DNA of 38,490 bases, taken from the NCBI GenBank assembly GCA_021161745.1, contig JAGHAA010000024.1, positions 1 to 38,490 on the forward strand, read 5' to 3'. This document shows positions 9,327-17,570 of this stretch, one piece after another. Within the stretch, counting starts at the first letter, position 1. The number at the start of each line of letters is the position of its first letter. Below the pieces are notes generated by a model, which saw only the letters and a program-made list of their open reading frames with translations, had not been told where the DNA came from and did no database searches. Source of the DNA: Candidatus Aenigmatarchaeota archaeon. GTDB taxonomy: Archaea; Aenigmatarchaeota; Aenigmatarchaeia; CG10238-14; JAGHAA01. The translations under genes were made by a program, and so were the position numbers.

Positions 9327-10093
9327 CCTATGTGCTTCCACTCTCCTGAAAAAACAAAACCGAATAATTTTCCTTCTTTTGCTAACTTAGGCAGGATAGT
9401 CCTTTCCAAAGAACCTTTGTTAGGTATACGTGAAAGGACATCTGGTTCCATCAAGTAGACGCCAGCATTGACATGGTAAGTTTTTTCGTTTTTTGCTGGA
9501 TATTTGAATTCAACGACTTTGTTTCCTATGAGTTTCACAGCATCCTTTGAATGGTTTAGTGAAGTCACTGAAATAGCCATCGTTACCAACGCCTTGTTGG
9601 ATTGGTGGAATTCTACCATTTTCGAAAGGTCGAAATCAAAATATTCGTCACCAAAGACTACAAAGAACGGTGTGTTTAAGTATCTTTCAGATTTTTTGAT
9701 TACACCAGCCGTTCCTAAGCCTTCATCTTTTATGTAAGTCACACGTAGTCCGTATTCTGAACCGTCTCCAACAACTTCGAAAATTTTATCTGTGATAGGA
9801 CCTGCTGCTATTATAACATTCTTCACACCAGCTTCTTTTAGTTTCTGGATTGTGTTTAATATGAGAATTTTTCCGTTCACCTTTACTAACGGCTTATAAG
9901 TATTCCCATACTTTAACTCTTTTATATCACCGCCAGCTAAGATTATGGCATGGTTTACTTCTCTTTGCCCTAAAGCTTTCCTCAACAAATACTCTATAGC
10001 TTGAGATCTGTTTCTTATGTTTATACCATCTATCAAATTGTCCACTTTGCTTAAAAGGGAAGTGTCTAAAGTTATTGAAATTTTTTCTTTCAT
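9323..10093 (-). CDS. ribbon-helix-helix (CopG-like) domain fused to a sugar-1-phosphate nucleotidyltransferase-like domain
   Basis: The N-terminus MKEKISITLDTSLLSKVDNLI..NRSQAIEYLLRKAL has an RHH pattern. It is followed by AIILAGGD...YKPLVKVNGK...GTAG...VFGDEY, an NTP-transferase fold. The ORF track starts at TTG 10117, but ATG 10093 is more plausible. Confidence 0.65.
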   Translation of the reverse strand: MKEKISITLDTSLLSKVDNLIDGINIRNRSQAIEYLLRKALGQREVNHAIILAGGDIKELKYGNTYKPLVKVNGKILILNTIQKLKEAGVKNVIIAAGPITDKIFEVVGDGSEYGLRVTYIKDEGLGTAGVIKKSERYLNTPFFVVFGDEYFDFDLSKMVEFHQSNKALVTMAISVTSLNHSKDAVKLIGNKVVEFKYPAKNEKTYHVNAGVYLMEPDVLSRIPNKGSLERTILPKLAKEGKLFGFVFSGEWKHIG

Positions 10094-10149
10094 AATAAAA
10101 TTTTTAGTTTTTATCAATATTTATTCGACGGTTAATAAAAATTACATAG

Positions 10150-10998
10150 ATGCTTGGGATAGATTTGGGGGCAAACAAAGTTCTTGGCGTGAAAGTTAAA
10201 AAAGGGAAAGTGACAAGGCGTGTCAAAATCACGTTGAAGAGTAAAACGAAAGATGAAATAGTTTCTGCAATAGATTCTCTCATAGACCAATTGGGAAAGG
10301 GTGAAAAGGCTGTTGGAATAGACATACCAGGTATACATCAAAAAGGAAAGATTTTAAAAACACCAAACTTACCTTCTCTTAACGGATTTGACTTGAAAAA
10401 AGAGATAGAAAAGAAATGGAACAAAGCTGTGGTAGTGGAGAACGACGCAAATTGTTTTGCGTACGGAGAAGCTATAAGGAGAAAGAAAAAGTTTTTGGTC
10501 GGGATAACTATAGGAAGTGGTTTAGGAGGAGGAATCGTAATAGACGGAAAGATATACCATGGAAAAAGAGATGTTGGAGAATTTGGGCATATGACTATTT
10601 TTGTCAACGGAAGAAAATGCACCTGTGGAAACAGAGGTTGTTGGGAAATGTACGTTTCTGAAAAAGGTTTTAAAATAGAGAGTAAACGGATTTTTGGAAG
10701 ATCTCTTCCTCCGTTAGAAGTGTTTAACCTTGCTAATCAAGGAAACAAAAAGGCTCTTTTAATTTTCGAAAAAATCGGAAGCTATTTGGGTGTAGGGCTT
10801 GCTAACATAGCAAACATACTGAATCCTGAGATAATAGTCATCGGTGGTGGGATTTCTAAATCCAAAAAGTTTTTACTACCTCCTGCTTTGAAAGAAATGA
10901 GAAAAAGATTGATGGTTTCTGAGCCGAAAATTGTGGTTGGAAGGTATGATTCTGCAGCCTACGGAGCAGCATTGTTGACAAAATTTTTTAAAGTATAA
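10150..10998 (+). CDS. glk: ROK-family glucokinase
   Basis: The N-terminal GIDLGA is the ATPase phosphate-1 motif. ENDANCFAYGE is present. The ROK zinc motif GHMTIFVNGRKCTCGNRGCWE is present. Confidence 0.8.
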   Translation: MLGIDLGANKVLGVKVKKGKVTRRVKITLKSKTKDEIVSAIDSLIDQLGKGEKAVGIDIPGIHQKGKILKTPNLPSLNGFDLKKEIEKKWNKAVVVENDANCFAYGEAIRRKKKFLVGITIGSGLGGGIVIDGKIYHGKRDVGEFGHMTIFVNGRKCTCGNRGCWEMYVSEKGFKIESKRIFGRSLPPLEVFNLANQGNKKALLIFEKIGSYLGVGLANIANILNPEIIVIGGGISKSKKFLLPPALKEMRKRLMVSEPKIVVGRYDSAAYGAALLTKFFKV

Positions 10999-11025
10999 GT
11001 CGTAGCAATTACAAAAATCTATAAC

Positions 11026-11715
11026 ATGAAGCAGGTTTTATCGTTACCCATTATAATGATAAACTTTAAAACGTATCCTCAATCGATTGGTAAAAAAGGT
11101 TTAAGGTTGGCTAAGATAGTTGAAAAAATTTCTAAAAAGTATGGAGTAACGATAGCTGTAGTACCTCAATTCTATGATGTAAGGCTTATCGCAACCTCTG
11201 TTGACATACCAGTTTTTGCTCAACATGTAGATCCTATAACTCCTGGTGCTCATACAGGTCATTCGCTTGCAGAAACGATAAAAGATAGCGGCGCCATAGG
11301 AAGTCTAATCAACCATTCTGAAAAAAGGATGAAGGTCGATGAGATAAAACAATCGGTGAAGATCATGAGAAAAAACGGTCTTTTGTCTGTCGTTTGTGTT
11401 CCAAACATCAAGTTTGCGAAATTAGTTGTAAAATACAAACCAAACTTTATCGCTTATGAGCCTCCAGAGTTGATAGGGAGTGGTAGAGCGGTTTCTAAAG
11501 TAAAACCAGAAGTCGTTGAGAAATTTTCTAAACTAATAAAAACTCATGGTAAAGGCATAATACCTCTGTGTGGTGCTGGGATAACGACGGCTGATGATGT
11601 GAGATTGGCTGTAGAGCTGGGAACGAGTGGTGTTCTTTTGGCTTCGGCTTTCGTTAAAGCAAAAGACCCGAAAAAAGTTTTAGAAAAGATGGCAAAAGCG
11701 TTGGTTAATGCTTAA
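11026..11715 (+). CDS. tpiA: triosephosphate isomerase (short archaeal type)
   Basis: 229 aa. INFKTY, NHSE(K)R, YEPPELIGSG, CGAGI and GVLLASAFVKAKDP are near-collinear with the Thermococcales TIM as recalled. Confidence 0.9.
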   Translation: MKQVLSLPIIMINFKTYPQSIGKKGLRLAKIVEKISKKYGVTIAVVPQFYDVRLIATSVDIPVFAQHVDPITPGAHTGHSLAETIKDSGAIGSLINHSEKRMKVDEIKQSVKIMRKNGLLSVVCVPNIKFAKLVVKYKPNFIAYEPPELIGSGRAVSKVKPEVVEKFSKLIKTHGKGIIPLCGAGITTADDVRLAVELGTSGVLLASAFVKAKDPKKVLEKMAKALVNA

Positions 11716-12922
11716 GTAAAGCTTCTATTCCTGGCATCGGTTTCCCAGAGAGATAAGTTATTAGGGCTCCACCTCCGATGCTTACATGGGAGAACTTTGA
11801 TTTATCTACGTTGAATTTCTGTAGGACTGAAAGTGTGTGTCCACCCCCGGCAAGAGAGAAACAAGGTGAGTTCGCAACCCCTTCGAATATAATCCTCGTT
11901 CCTATTTCAAACCCTTCTTTCTCAAAGACACCTGCAGGTCCTTTTAGGATGGCATTCTTAGACCCGTTTATTTCACCAACGTATTTCACAGCAGTCTTTA
12001 TTCCAATGTCTTGTATCAAATACTTCGTTGGAAGTTGATCTATCGTTAACTCAACTCTCTTTCCGTTTTTATCTACGGCTACATCTATCGGTGCTTCTAT
12101 TCTGTCTGAATGTTTCTTCCAAAGCTTTTTAACGTCATCTAAGTACTCGAGGTATCCTGCCTTTTTCAAGTATGAAATAGTAGTTCTTCCCAAATCATAA
12201 CCTTGAGCCACCAGGAAGAGTTCGCCCAACACCCCGCATGTAAGTATTCTATCTATGTACCCATTTTCTTCAAGCATATGTTTCATGATTTTTATAGGAT
12301 CTTCTGGTTTAGCCCCACCAAGTATGAAGACATCCCTTTTTGATATCTTCAACCTCCACATAAGCTTAGAGAGTGCCCTTACTTCTTTCTCCATAGTTCT
12401 TCCAGCGAAGGAAGGTAGTACTGCTGTAAAACCGACTATGCTTGCGTGGCTTCTGTGCGCAGCTGAAAAAGCATCGTTGACGAAAACATCTGCAAGTGGT
12501 GCGAGCTCTTTAACTATCGTGCTTTTCGCATGCTCTTCAGGTGGTTTGTTAAGAGTTTCATCTTCTAAGAATCTTACGTTATCGAGTAAGAGAATTTCTC
12601 CATCTCGAAGGTTTTTTATGGCATTCTTAGCCTTTTTCCCTACGATGTCGTTAACGAACTTTACCTTTTTACCCACTAATTTTTCTAAAACTTTTGCATG
12701 CTTTCTGAGCGATATGAAATCTTTTTTTCCTTTCCTTCCTTGATGTGAAAGAACTACTAGTTTTGCACCCTTTTTGCTGAGTTCTTTTATCGTTTCTGCA
12801 GAAGCATAGAATCTTTCTGTTACTACCAACCTTCCATGCCCGTTGATCGGCGAGTTTATGTCAACACGTAGAATCGTTGCTTTTCCTTTAAAGTTATAAT
12901 CATCTATAGTTGGCAATTTCAT
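11705..12922 (-). CDS. pgk: 3-phosphoglycerate kinase
   Basis: 405 aa. Motifs are RVDINSPI, LSHQGR, NVRF, VNDAFSAAHRSHAS and GGGHT...SIGGGA. Confidence 0.9.
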   Translation of the reverse strand: MKLPTIDDYNFKGKATILRVDINSPINGHGRLVVTERFYASAETIKELSKKGAKLVVLSHQGRKGKKDFISLRKHAKVLEKLVGKKVKFVNDIVGKKAKNAIKNLRDGEILLLDNVRFLEDETLNKPPEEHAKSTIVKELAPLADVFVNDAFSAAHRSHASIVGFTAVLPSFAGRTMEKEVRALSKLMWRLKISKRDVFILGGAKPEDPIKIMKHMLEENGYIDRILTCGVLGELFLVAQGYDLGRTTISYLKKAGYLEYLDDVKKLWKKHSDRIEAPIDVAVDKNGKRVELTIDQLPTKYLIQDIGIKTAVKYVGEINGSKNAILKGPAGVFEKEGFEIGTRIIFEGVANSPCFSLAGGGHTLSVLQKFNVDKSKFSHVSIGGGALITYLSGKPMPGIEALLKH

Positions 12923-13007
12923 TAAACCACCTTGTAGAAGTAGTAAAGCTGGATATGCGATTTTTCTGGCATCTATTTTAGATTAAAATTTTCTCCTTAT
13001 AAACTTT

Positions 13008-13027
13008 TCCTACTTTATCCTACTTTG
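13008..13027. repeat. tandem 10-bp direct repeat TCCTACTTT(A/G) x2 upstream of pgk
   Basis: Read directly. It lies 86-105 nt upstream of the pgk ATG, in the 147-nt pgk/gap spacer. Confidence 0.5.
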
Positions 13028-13069
13028 TGATAAAGAGTCGTAAAATTTCTATTAAAAAGAAAAAGAAAG

Positions 13070-14104
13070 CTAGTAGATGCCCATCGTTTTGTTCGTCTTT
13101 TTTATAGATTCCCAGTTGTCTTTTGCTAAGCCGAACATGGCTCTTATTGCATCGATGTTCTCTGGTATGACTATGGCTTCTGAATGCACAGCTTGTGCCC
13201 AGAAGATGTCATCTTCCATAACGTTGATGCTTTCCTCCCACACAGCGACTTCATACATGTCATACCTCGGCCTTAAAATGTCTCTGAAGTGTTCTATTAT
13301 CTCTGCTGTAGATGTATAGCCATGGCTTGCCTTGAACGTCAAAATGCGTGGTGTTTTAGCGAAAGCTTCTAAGATTTCTTCCTTTTTAGGCGGGTTTTTA
13401 CTTTCCACATGAATTACGTGTGTATGTGCTAGTGTTGTAGGTACAACTACTGCTAACGTTTTGATGTTCAAATCTTTGAGAACGGTTTTGACGTCTGGTC
13501 CATGGTGTGATGGGACGTCCATGTTAGGCACGATTGCATTAATAGGACCCTTTCTCGGATTTACAGGGTCAGCGGCTCTCCTTACCAAAGCTACAACAGC
13601 TTCCTCTATCTCACATAACTGGCTTAAAGTCCACAACGTTCTTATGAGAGCAGTTGTGTTGCATGATGGAACTCTTACAAATTGCTTGTCTTTGGCTTCA
13701 TCAAAGTTTACGAAAGAGTTGAAAGTCATGTCTGCCACATCAGCTTTTTCTCCTCCTTGAAAGATTGCTTTAACACCATACTTTTTGTACAACTCTTTGT
13801 TTTTTGCTCCAATTCCTTTGGGTGTTGCATCTACCACGACATCAACTTTTCCATCTTGTAAAAGTTCTTCCAACGTTCCCTTAACGTACATACCAGCGTT
13901 TCTCATTTCCTCTATTCTGTTTGGGTCTGAGCAATAGAGGTCGGTTTTGTACAGAGGACCATCTGGTTCAAGAACAGTCCTTAGCGTGGAAGTTGCTGTG
14001 ACATCAGAAATCCCAACCAAATTCATATCATCTTGTAATCTGACTGCATGAGCAATCCTCTTTCCTATGACACCTATTCCGTTTACAACAACTCTAACAG
14101 CCAT
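13070..14104 (-). CDS. gap: glyceraldehyde-3-phosphate dehydrogenase, archaeal phosphorylating type
   Basis: 344 aa. NGIGVIGKR is the Rossmann motif and VPSCNTT is the active-site Cys motif. A GAGGTGGT Shine-Dalgarno site lies upstream. Confidence 0.9.
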   Translation of the reverse strand: MAVRVVVNGIGVIGKRIAHAVRLQDDMNLVGISDVTATSTLRTVLEPDGPLYKTDLYCSDPNRIEEMRNAGMYVKGTLEELLQDGKVDVVVDATPKGIGAKNKELYKKYGVKAIFQGGEKADVADMTFNSFVNFDEAKDKQFVRVPSCNTTALIRTLWTLSQLCEIEEAVVALVRRAADPVNPRKGPINAIVPNMDVPSHHGPDVKTVLKDLNIKTLAVVVPTTLAHTHVIHVESKNPPKKEEILEAFAKTPRILTFKASHGYTSTAEIIEHFRDILRPRYDMYEVAVWEESINVMEDDIFWAQAVHSEAIVIPENIDAIRAMFGLAKDNWESIKKTNKTMGIY

Positions 14105-14153
14105 TCTACCACCTCAATAACTATTATTAGGAAACACTTGATAAATTTTAAAC

Positions 14154-15077
14154 ATGTACGATATCGTGATCATAGGAGCTGGACCAGCAGGATTGTCTGC
14201 AGCCGTTAACACATCATTCCTTAAGTTAACTTCTGTGGTTATAGATGATACACAAGCCGGTGGTGCTCTGATACAAGCTTATCCTTGGAAGAAAGTCGAT
14301 TACTTCGGTTTTTATGAGGTTAGTGGAAAAGAATTGGCGGAGATTTTTGTTGAGCACGCAAGGAAAAATGGTGTTGAGATAATAGAAGGAGAAGAGGCGT
14401 TGGATATCAAAAAATTAGATGAAGGGTTTGAAGTTATCACTACCAAGAATTCTTACAAAGGAAAGACTGTAGTTCTTGCCACTGGCATAATAGGAACACC
14501 AAGACATCTGAATGTAAAAGGAGAAGATTTGGAGGGAATTTATTATTACCTTAAAGATCCTGAAGGTTACAGAGGAAAAAAGGTATTGGTAGTCGGTGGA
14601 GGTGATAGTGCTGTAGAAAACGCGACGGCTTTATCTTTAAACGGAGCCGAAGTGTACGTTGCTCATAGAAGGGATGAATTCAGGGCGATGGTCAAAAATC
14701 AAGAAAGGTTGTTCAAAACTAACGCAAAAATCTTTTGGAACACAGAAGTTAAAGAGTTCGTCGGCAATAAGAAGGTAGAAGAGGTTATACTATTCAACAA
14801 CAAAACAGGAGAAGAGTTTGAGTTGGAGGTGGACAACGTTTTTATTTTTATAGGTAGCGTTTTGAAAAAGGAATTCTTCCAAAGATTAGGAATTGAGATG
14901 GAGGGGAATTTCGTAAAAGTCAACAAAGATTTTATGACGAATATACCAGGAGTGTTTGCGATAGGCGACATAACTCCTGGGATCAAAAGAATCTCTAAAG
15001 CTGTTTACGAAGGAGAAGCAGTTGCATTCTCCATATTCAAATTCTTAAAGAATCCTTACTGGGGTAAGAATGATTGA
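14154..15077 (+). CDS. thioredoxin-reductase-like flavoprotein without any cysteine (TrxR-type ferredoxin/flavodoxin-NADP reductase-like)
   Basis: GAGPAGLSAA is the FAD motif, VVGGGDSAVE the NAD(P)H motif and GVFAIGD the C-terminal FAD motif. The 307-aa translation contains no Cys, so the CxxC redox centre of true TrxR is absent. Confidence 0.7.
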   Translation: MYDIVIIGAGPAGLSAAVNTSFLKLTSVVIDDTQAGGALIQAYPWKKVDYFGFYEVSGKELAEIFVEHARKNGVEIIEGEEALDIKKLDEGFEVITTKNSYKGKTVVLATGIIGTPRHLNVKGEDLEGIYYYLKDPEGYRGKKVLVVGGGDSAVENATALSLNGAEVYVAHRRDEFRAMVKNQERLFKTNAKIFWNTEVKEFVGNKKVEEVILFNNKTGEEFELEVDNVFIFIGSVLKKEFFQRLGIEMEGNFVKVNKDFMTNIPGVFAIGDITPGIKRISKAVYEGEAVAFSIFKFLKNPYWGKND

Positions 15078-15924
15078 AACGAAACCTTCGATGCTAAGGA
15101 AAGTTTACAAAAAGCGAAACGAATGGGCACACAAGTACAATTTTGGTCATCTGCTTGTCATAGGCGGAAGTAAACAATATTCTGGATCACCATCTTTTAA
15201 CGCAATGGCCGCCTATAGGTCTGGAGTGGATTTGGTTACGGTCGTGGCTCCGGAAAGAGCTGCTAATATAATCTCTTCTTTTAAGCCAGATATGATAGCG
15301 TATCCGTTGGAAGGAGATTTCTTAAGACCATCACATCTAAGAGAGATTCTTAAGATTGCTGAAAAAACGACGGCTTTCGTTATAGGTGGTGGGTTGGGAA
15401 GAGAGAAAGAAACAAAAAAAGCTGTTGTAAAGTGGCTGAGCTCGGTAACAAAGCCAGGTGTTATAGATGCTGATGCTATTCATGCAGTATCAGAAAACCT
15501 TGATGTGATAAAAAACAAGAATTTTATCTTGACGCCACACGCTCATGAATTCTACATCCTTAGTGGGATAAGAGTAAAGGATGAAATAGCACATAGGGTA
15601 AAAGTGGTTAAAGAATTTGCGAAGAAGTTAGGGGTAACTGTATTGCTGAAAGGTCATGTGGATGTAATTTCTGATGGGAAAAAAGTTATTCTGAATAAAA
15701 CGGGAACTCCGTACATGACGAAAGGAGGTCTGGGAGACGTTCTGGCTGGTATTTGTGGGGCTTTGTTGACAAGGGATTGCGATCCGTTGATAGCAGCATC
15801 AGTAGGAGCTTTCATCTCTGGAAAAGCTGGTGAGTTGGCATCAAAAATCTATGGGGAAGGTTTGATGGCAAGCGATGTCATAGATTTCATACCTAAAGTT
15901 ATAATAACGTACACAAAACGCTAA
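15070..15924 (+). CDS. ADP/ATP-dependent NAD(P)H-hydrate dehydratase (YjeF C-terminal family)
   Basis: AHKYNFGHLLVIGGSKQYSGSPSFNAMAAYRSGVDLV and KGGLGDVLAG are typical family motifs. It overlaps the preceding gene by 8 nt. Confidence 0.8.
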   Translation: MIETKPSMLRKVYKKRNEWAHKYNFGHLLVIGGSKQYSGSPSFNAMAAYRSGVDLVTVVAPERAANIISSFKPDMIAYPLEGDFLRPSHLREILKIAEKTTAFVIGGGLGREKETKKAVVKWLSSVTKPGVIDADAIHAVSENLDVIKNKNFILTPHAHEFYILSGIRVKDEIAHRVKVVKEFAKKLGVTVLLKGHVDVISDGKKVILNKTGTPYMTKGGLGDVLAGICGALLTRDCDPLIAASVGAFISGKAGELASKIYGEGLMASDVIDFIPKVIITYTKR

Positions 15925-15948
15925 AGTTGAATCGCTTACAATTTTTTA

Positions 15949-16533
15949 TTGATGAAAAAACAACTTGAAAGTCTGATAGATAAGAGATCTGGGTTTAACG
16001 TTTCCCATGTAATTCGTGTTCTCTTTCTCCTTGATGAACACGTAGGTAGGAAAAGGATTTGTGAGACTCTTGGCATAGGAGAGGCTTCTGTGAAAACTCT
16101 GTTTAAACGATTAAAAGAAGTTGGATGGATTAGTTCAACGAAAAAAGGGCATAAGCTGACAGAGGAGGGAAGAAAAATAGTTCAGAAGATTTTGAAAGTG
16201 ATGGAAAAGCCAGTTGAAATAACTATGAAAGATTATGGTTTAGGAAAGAGGAGTTTTGTAACTGTTGTGAGGAAGGCGTGTAAAAAAGTTAAAATGGGTA
16301 TCGAGCAGAGAGACGAGGCTATAAAAATCGGGGGAGAAGGTGCGATCACGTTGATAGTAAAAGATGGAAAGCTTATTTTTCCTGGGACTGGTGAAGTTGC
16401 GAATGAAAATCTAGCTGAGATAATCAAAAGACTTTTCAAACTGAATGATTGTGATGTTGTCATAATAGGGTTTGCCAAGCAGAAGAATAAGGCTGAAGAG
16501 GCTACTTTAATGGCAGCTCTCTCACTCGTTTGA
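15949..16533 (+). CDS. winged-helix DNA-binding protein with an uncharacterised C-terminal domain (possibly DUF4443-like)
   Basis: RKRICETLGIGEASVKTLFKRLKEVGWI has a wHTH pattern. The start is TTG 15949 or ATG 15952. The family name is from memory only. Confidence 0.45.
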   Translation: MMKKQLESLIDKRSGFNVSHVIRVLFLLDEHVGRKRICETLGIGEASVKTLFKRLKEVGWISSTKKGHKLTEEGRKIVQKILKVMEKPVEITMKDYGLGKRSFVTVVRKACKKVKMGIEQRDEAIKIGGEGAITLIVKDGKLIFPGTGEVANENLAEIIKRLFKLNDCDVVIIGFAKQKNKAEEATLMAALSLV

Positions 16534-16938
16534 AAAAAGTTTCATTATATCATTGTTCTTCATGTATTTCCACTCTATCGTTGAATTTCTAAAAAGTATG
16601 TATTTATCAGCAGCCTTATCTGCTAACTTTCCGTTGACGAAGTAAATCCATGAGTGTGAAGAGTTCTGGCTTACGTTGTTTATGGAAGTTAAAAAGATTC
16701 CCATGTCCCCATAGTCTTTATACTTGATTGTGTAAACAGAGCTCAATACGTCAAAGACGGTGGATACGTTTTCTGTTTTGATGAGTGTTGATGCTTTATG
16801 ACTACCAAAATTCACGGTTAGGTTATGATAAAGGAACACATCCTTACTCTTTTGATTTTTTGTGGAATATTGTGATCCTAAGAATACCATCGTTAGTAGT
16901 AGGATCGAAATTCCTAATAGCAAGTATTTTCCTTTCAA
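16522..16938 (-). CDS. secreted or membrane-anchored DUF4430-like protein (transcobalamin beta-domain-like)
   Basis: A hydrophobic N-terminal anchor (KYLLLGISILLLTMVFLG) is followed by a ~110-aa beta-rich domain ending WIYFVNGKLADKAADKY..STIEWKY, which is typical of DUF4430. It has a TTG start and overlaps the upstream gene by 95 nt. Confidence 0.55.
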   Translation of the reverse strand: MKGKYLLLGISILLLTMVFLGSQYSTKNQKSKDVFLYHNLTVNFGSHKASTLIKTENVSTVFDVLSSVYTIKYKDYGDMGIFLTSINNVSQNSSHSWIYFVNGKLADKAADKYILFRNSTIEWKYMKNNDIMKLFSNE

Positions 16939-17518
16939 TTCTATCGAACCTCCATTTTCTTAGTTCATCGGAGAAAGCATAAAGTAAAACGCCAAACCCA
17001 ATGTTTGTAACTGTATGGATTATAGAAAACGGAATGCTTGTGACTATATATAGGAGTGGCGAAAAAGGAGAAAAAATAAACGCCATAGGAATCGTTACAA
17101 TGACTTCGTAAGCGAAAGAGCCTATTATTAGACTAATCAAAAACAAGTATTTACTCTTACTCAGACGACCTAAAAGACCTGATAAAAATCCTGCTAGCCC
17201 AACACCTAACGATTGAAAAACCGTCCAAAGACCTTGGCCTCCCCATACAAAGTAGTTAGAGATGTAAAATCCCACTGTTCCAGAAAAAAATCCTGAAAGA
17301 GGGCCTAAAAAGAAGCCTAAGAAGATTGAGATGGGTGTCAAAGGTTCTACGCTAGGGACGAATTGGAACGCAACCCTGCCTACTATTCCAGCAACCGTAA
17401 AAAGAAGAGTAAGCAGAACTAGCTTGGTTTGGGAGAGTATTGTAAGGTTCTGGTTTAGAATCAAGATTTGAGTTTCTTTCTGTCCTTGCTGTGTTTGTCT
17501 GGCTAATGAACTTTTCAC
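16844..17518 (-). CDS. polytopic membrane protein of ECF-transporter S-component size and type
   Basis: 224 aa with about 6 hydrophobic segments and Gly-rich helices (GFFLGPLSGFFSGTVGFY). It has a GTG start and is co-directional with the DUF4430 gene. Confidence 0.5.
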   Translation of the reverse strand: MKSSLARQTQQGQKETQILILNQNLTILSQTKLVLLTLLFTVAGIVGRVAFQFVPSVEPLTPISIFLGFFLGPLSGFFSGTVGFYISNYFVWGGQGLWTVFQSLGVGLAGFLSGLLGRLSKSKYLFLISLIIGSFAYEVIVTIPMAFIFSPFSPLLYIVTSIPFSIIHTVTNIGFGVLLYAFSDELRKWRFDRIERKILAIRNFDPTTNDGILRITIFHKKSKE

Positions 17519-17570
17519 GTTGGATAATTTGTCCAGTTGAATTAAAAATGTATTTTGGTTGAGAAGAATA

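Noticed and set aside
10104-10341. Two minus-strand ORFs (10104..10325 and 10132..10341) across the glucokinase start.
   Set aside because: They overlap the conserved ROK N-terminus and promoter. They have hydrophobic or low-complexity composition and no start context.
12255-12743. A 162-aa ORF antisense to pgk. Similar long antisense ORFs occur at 8549..9025 in the PfkB gene, 13461..13760 in gap, and 35893..36207 in eno.
   Set aside because: They lie wholly inside well-supported conserved genes. They have S/F/L/I-rich shadow composition, as expected from the complement of K/E-rich codons (AAA/GAA become TTT/TTC, so few stops arise). They lack Shine-Dalgarno sites and recognisable motifs.
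13016-13032. A Thermococcales glycolytic motif (TATCAC-N5-GTGATA) as a general regulator site of the glycolysis cluster.
   Set aside because: There is a single imperfect copy (TATCCT-ACTTT-GTGATA). All other TATCAC or GTGATA hits I found lie in coding DNA or lack a partner half-site. It is reported only as a low-interest note.
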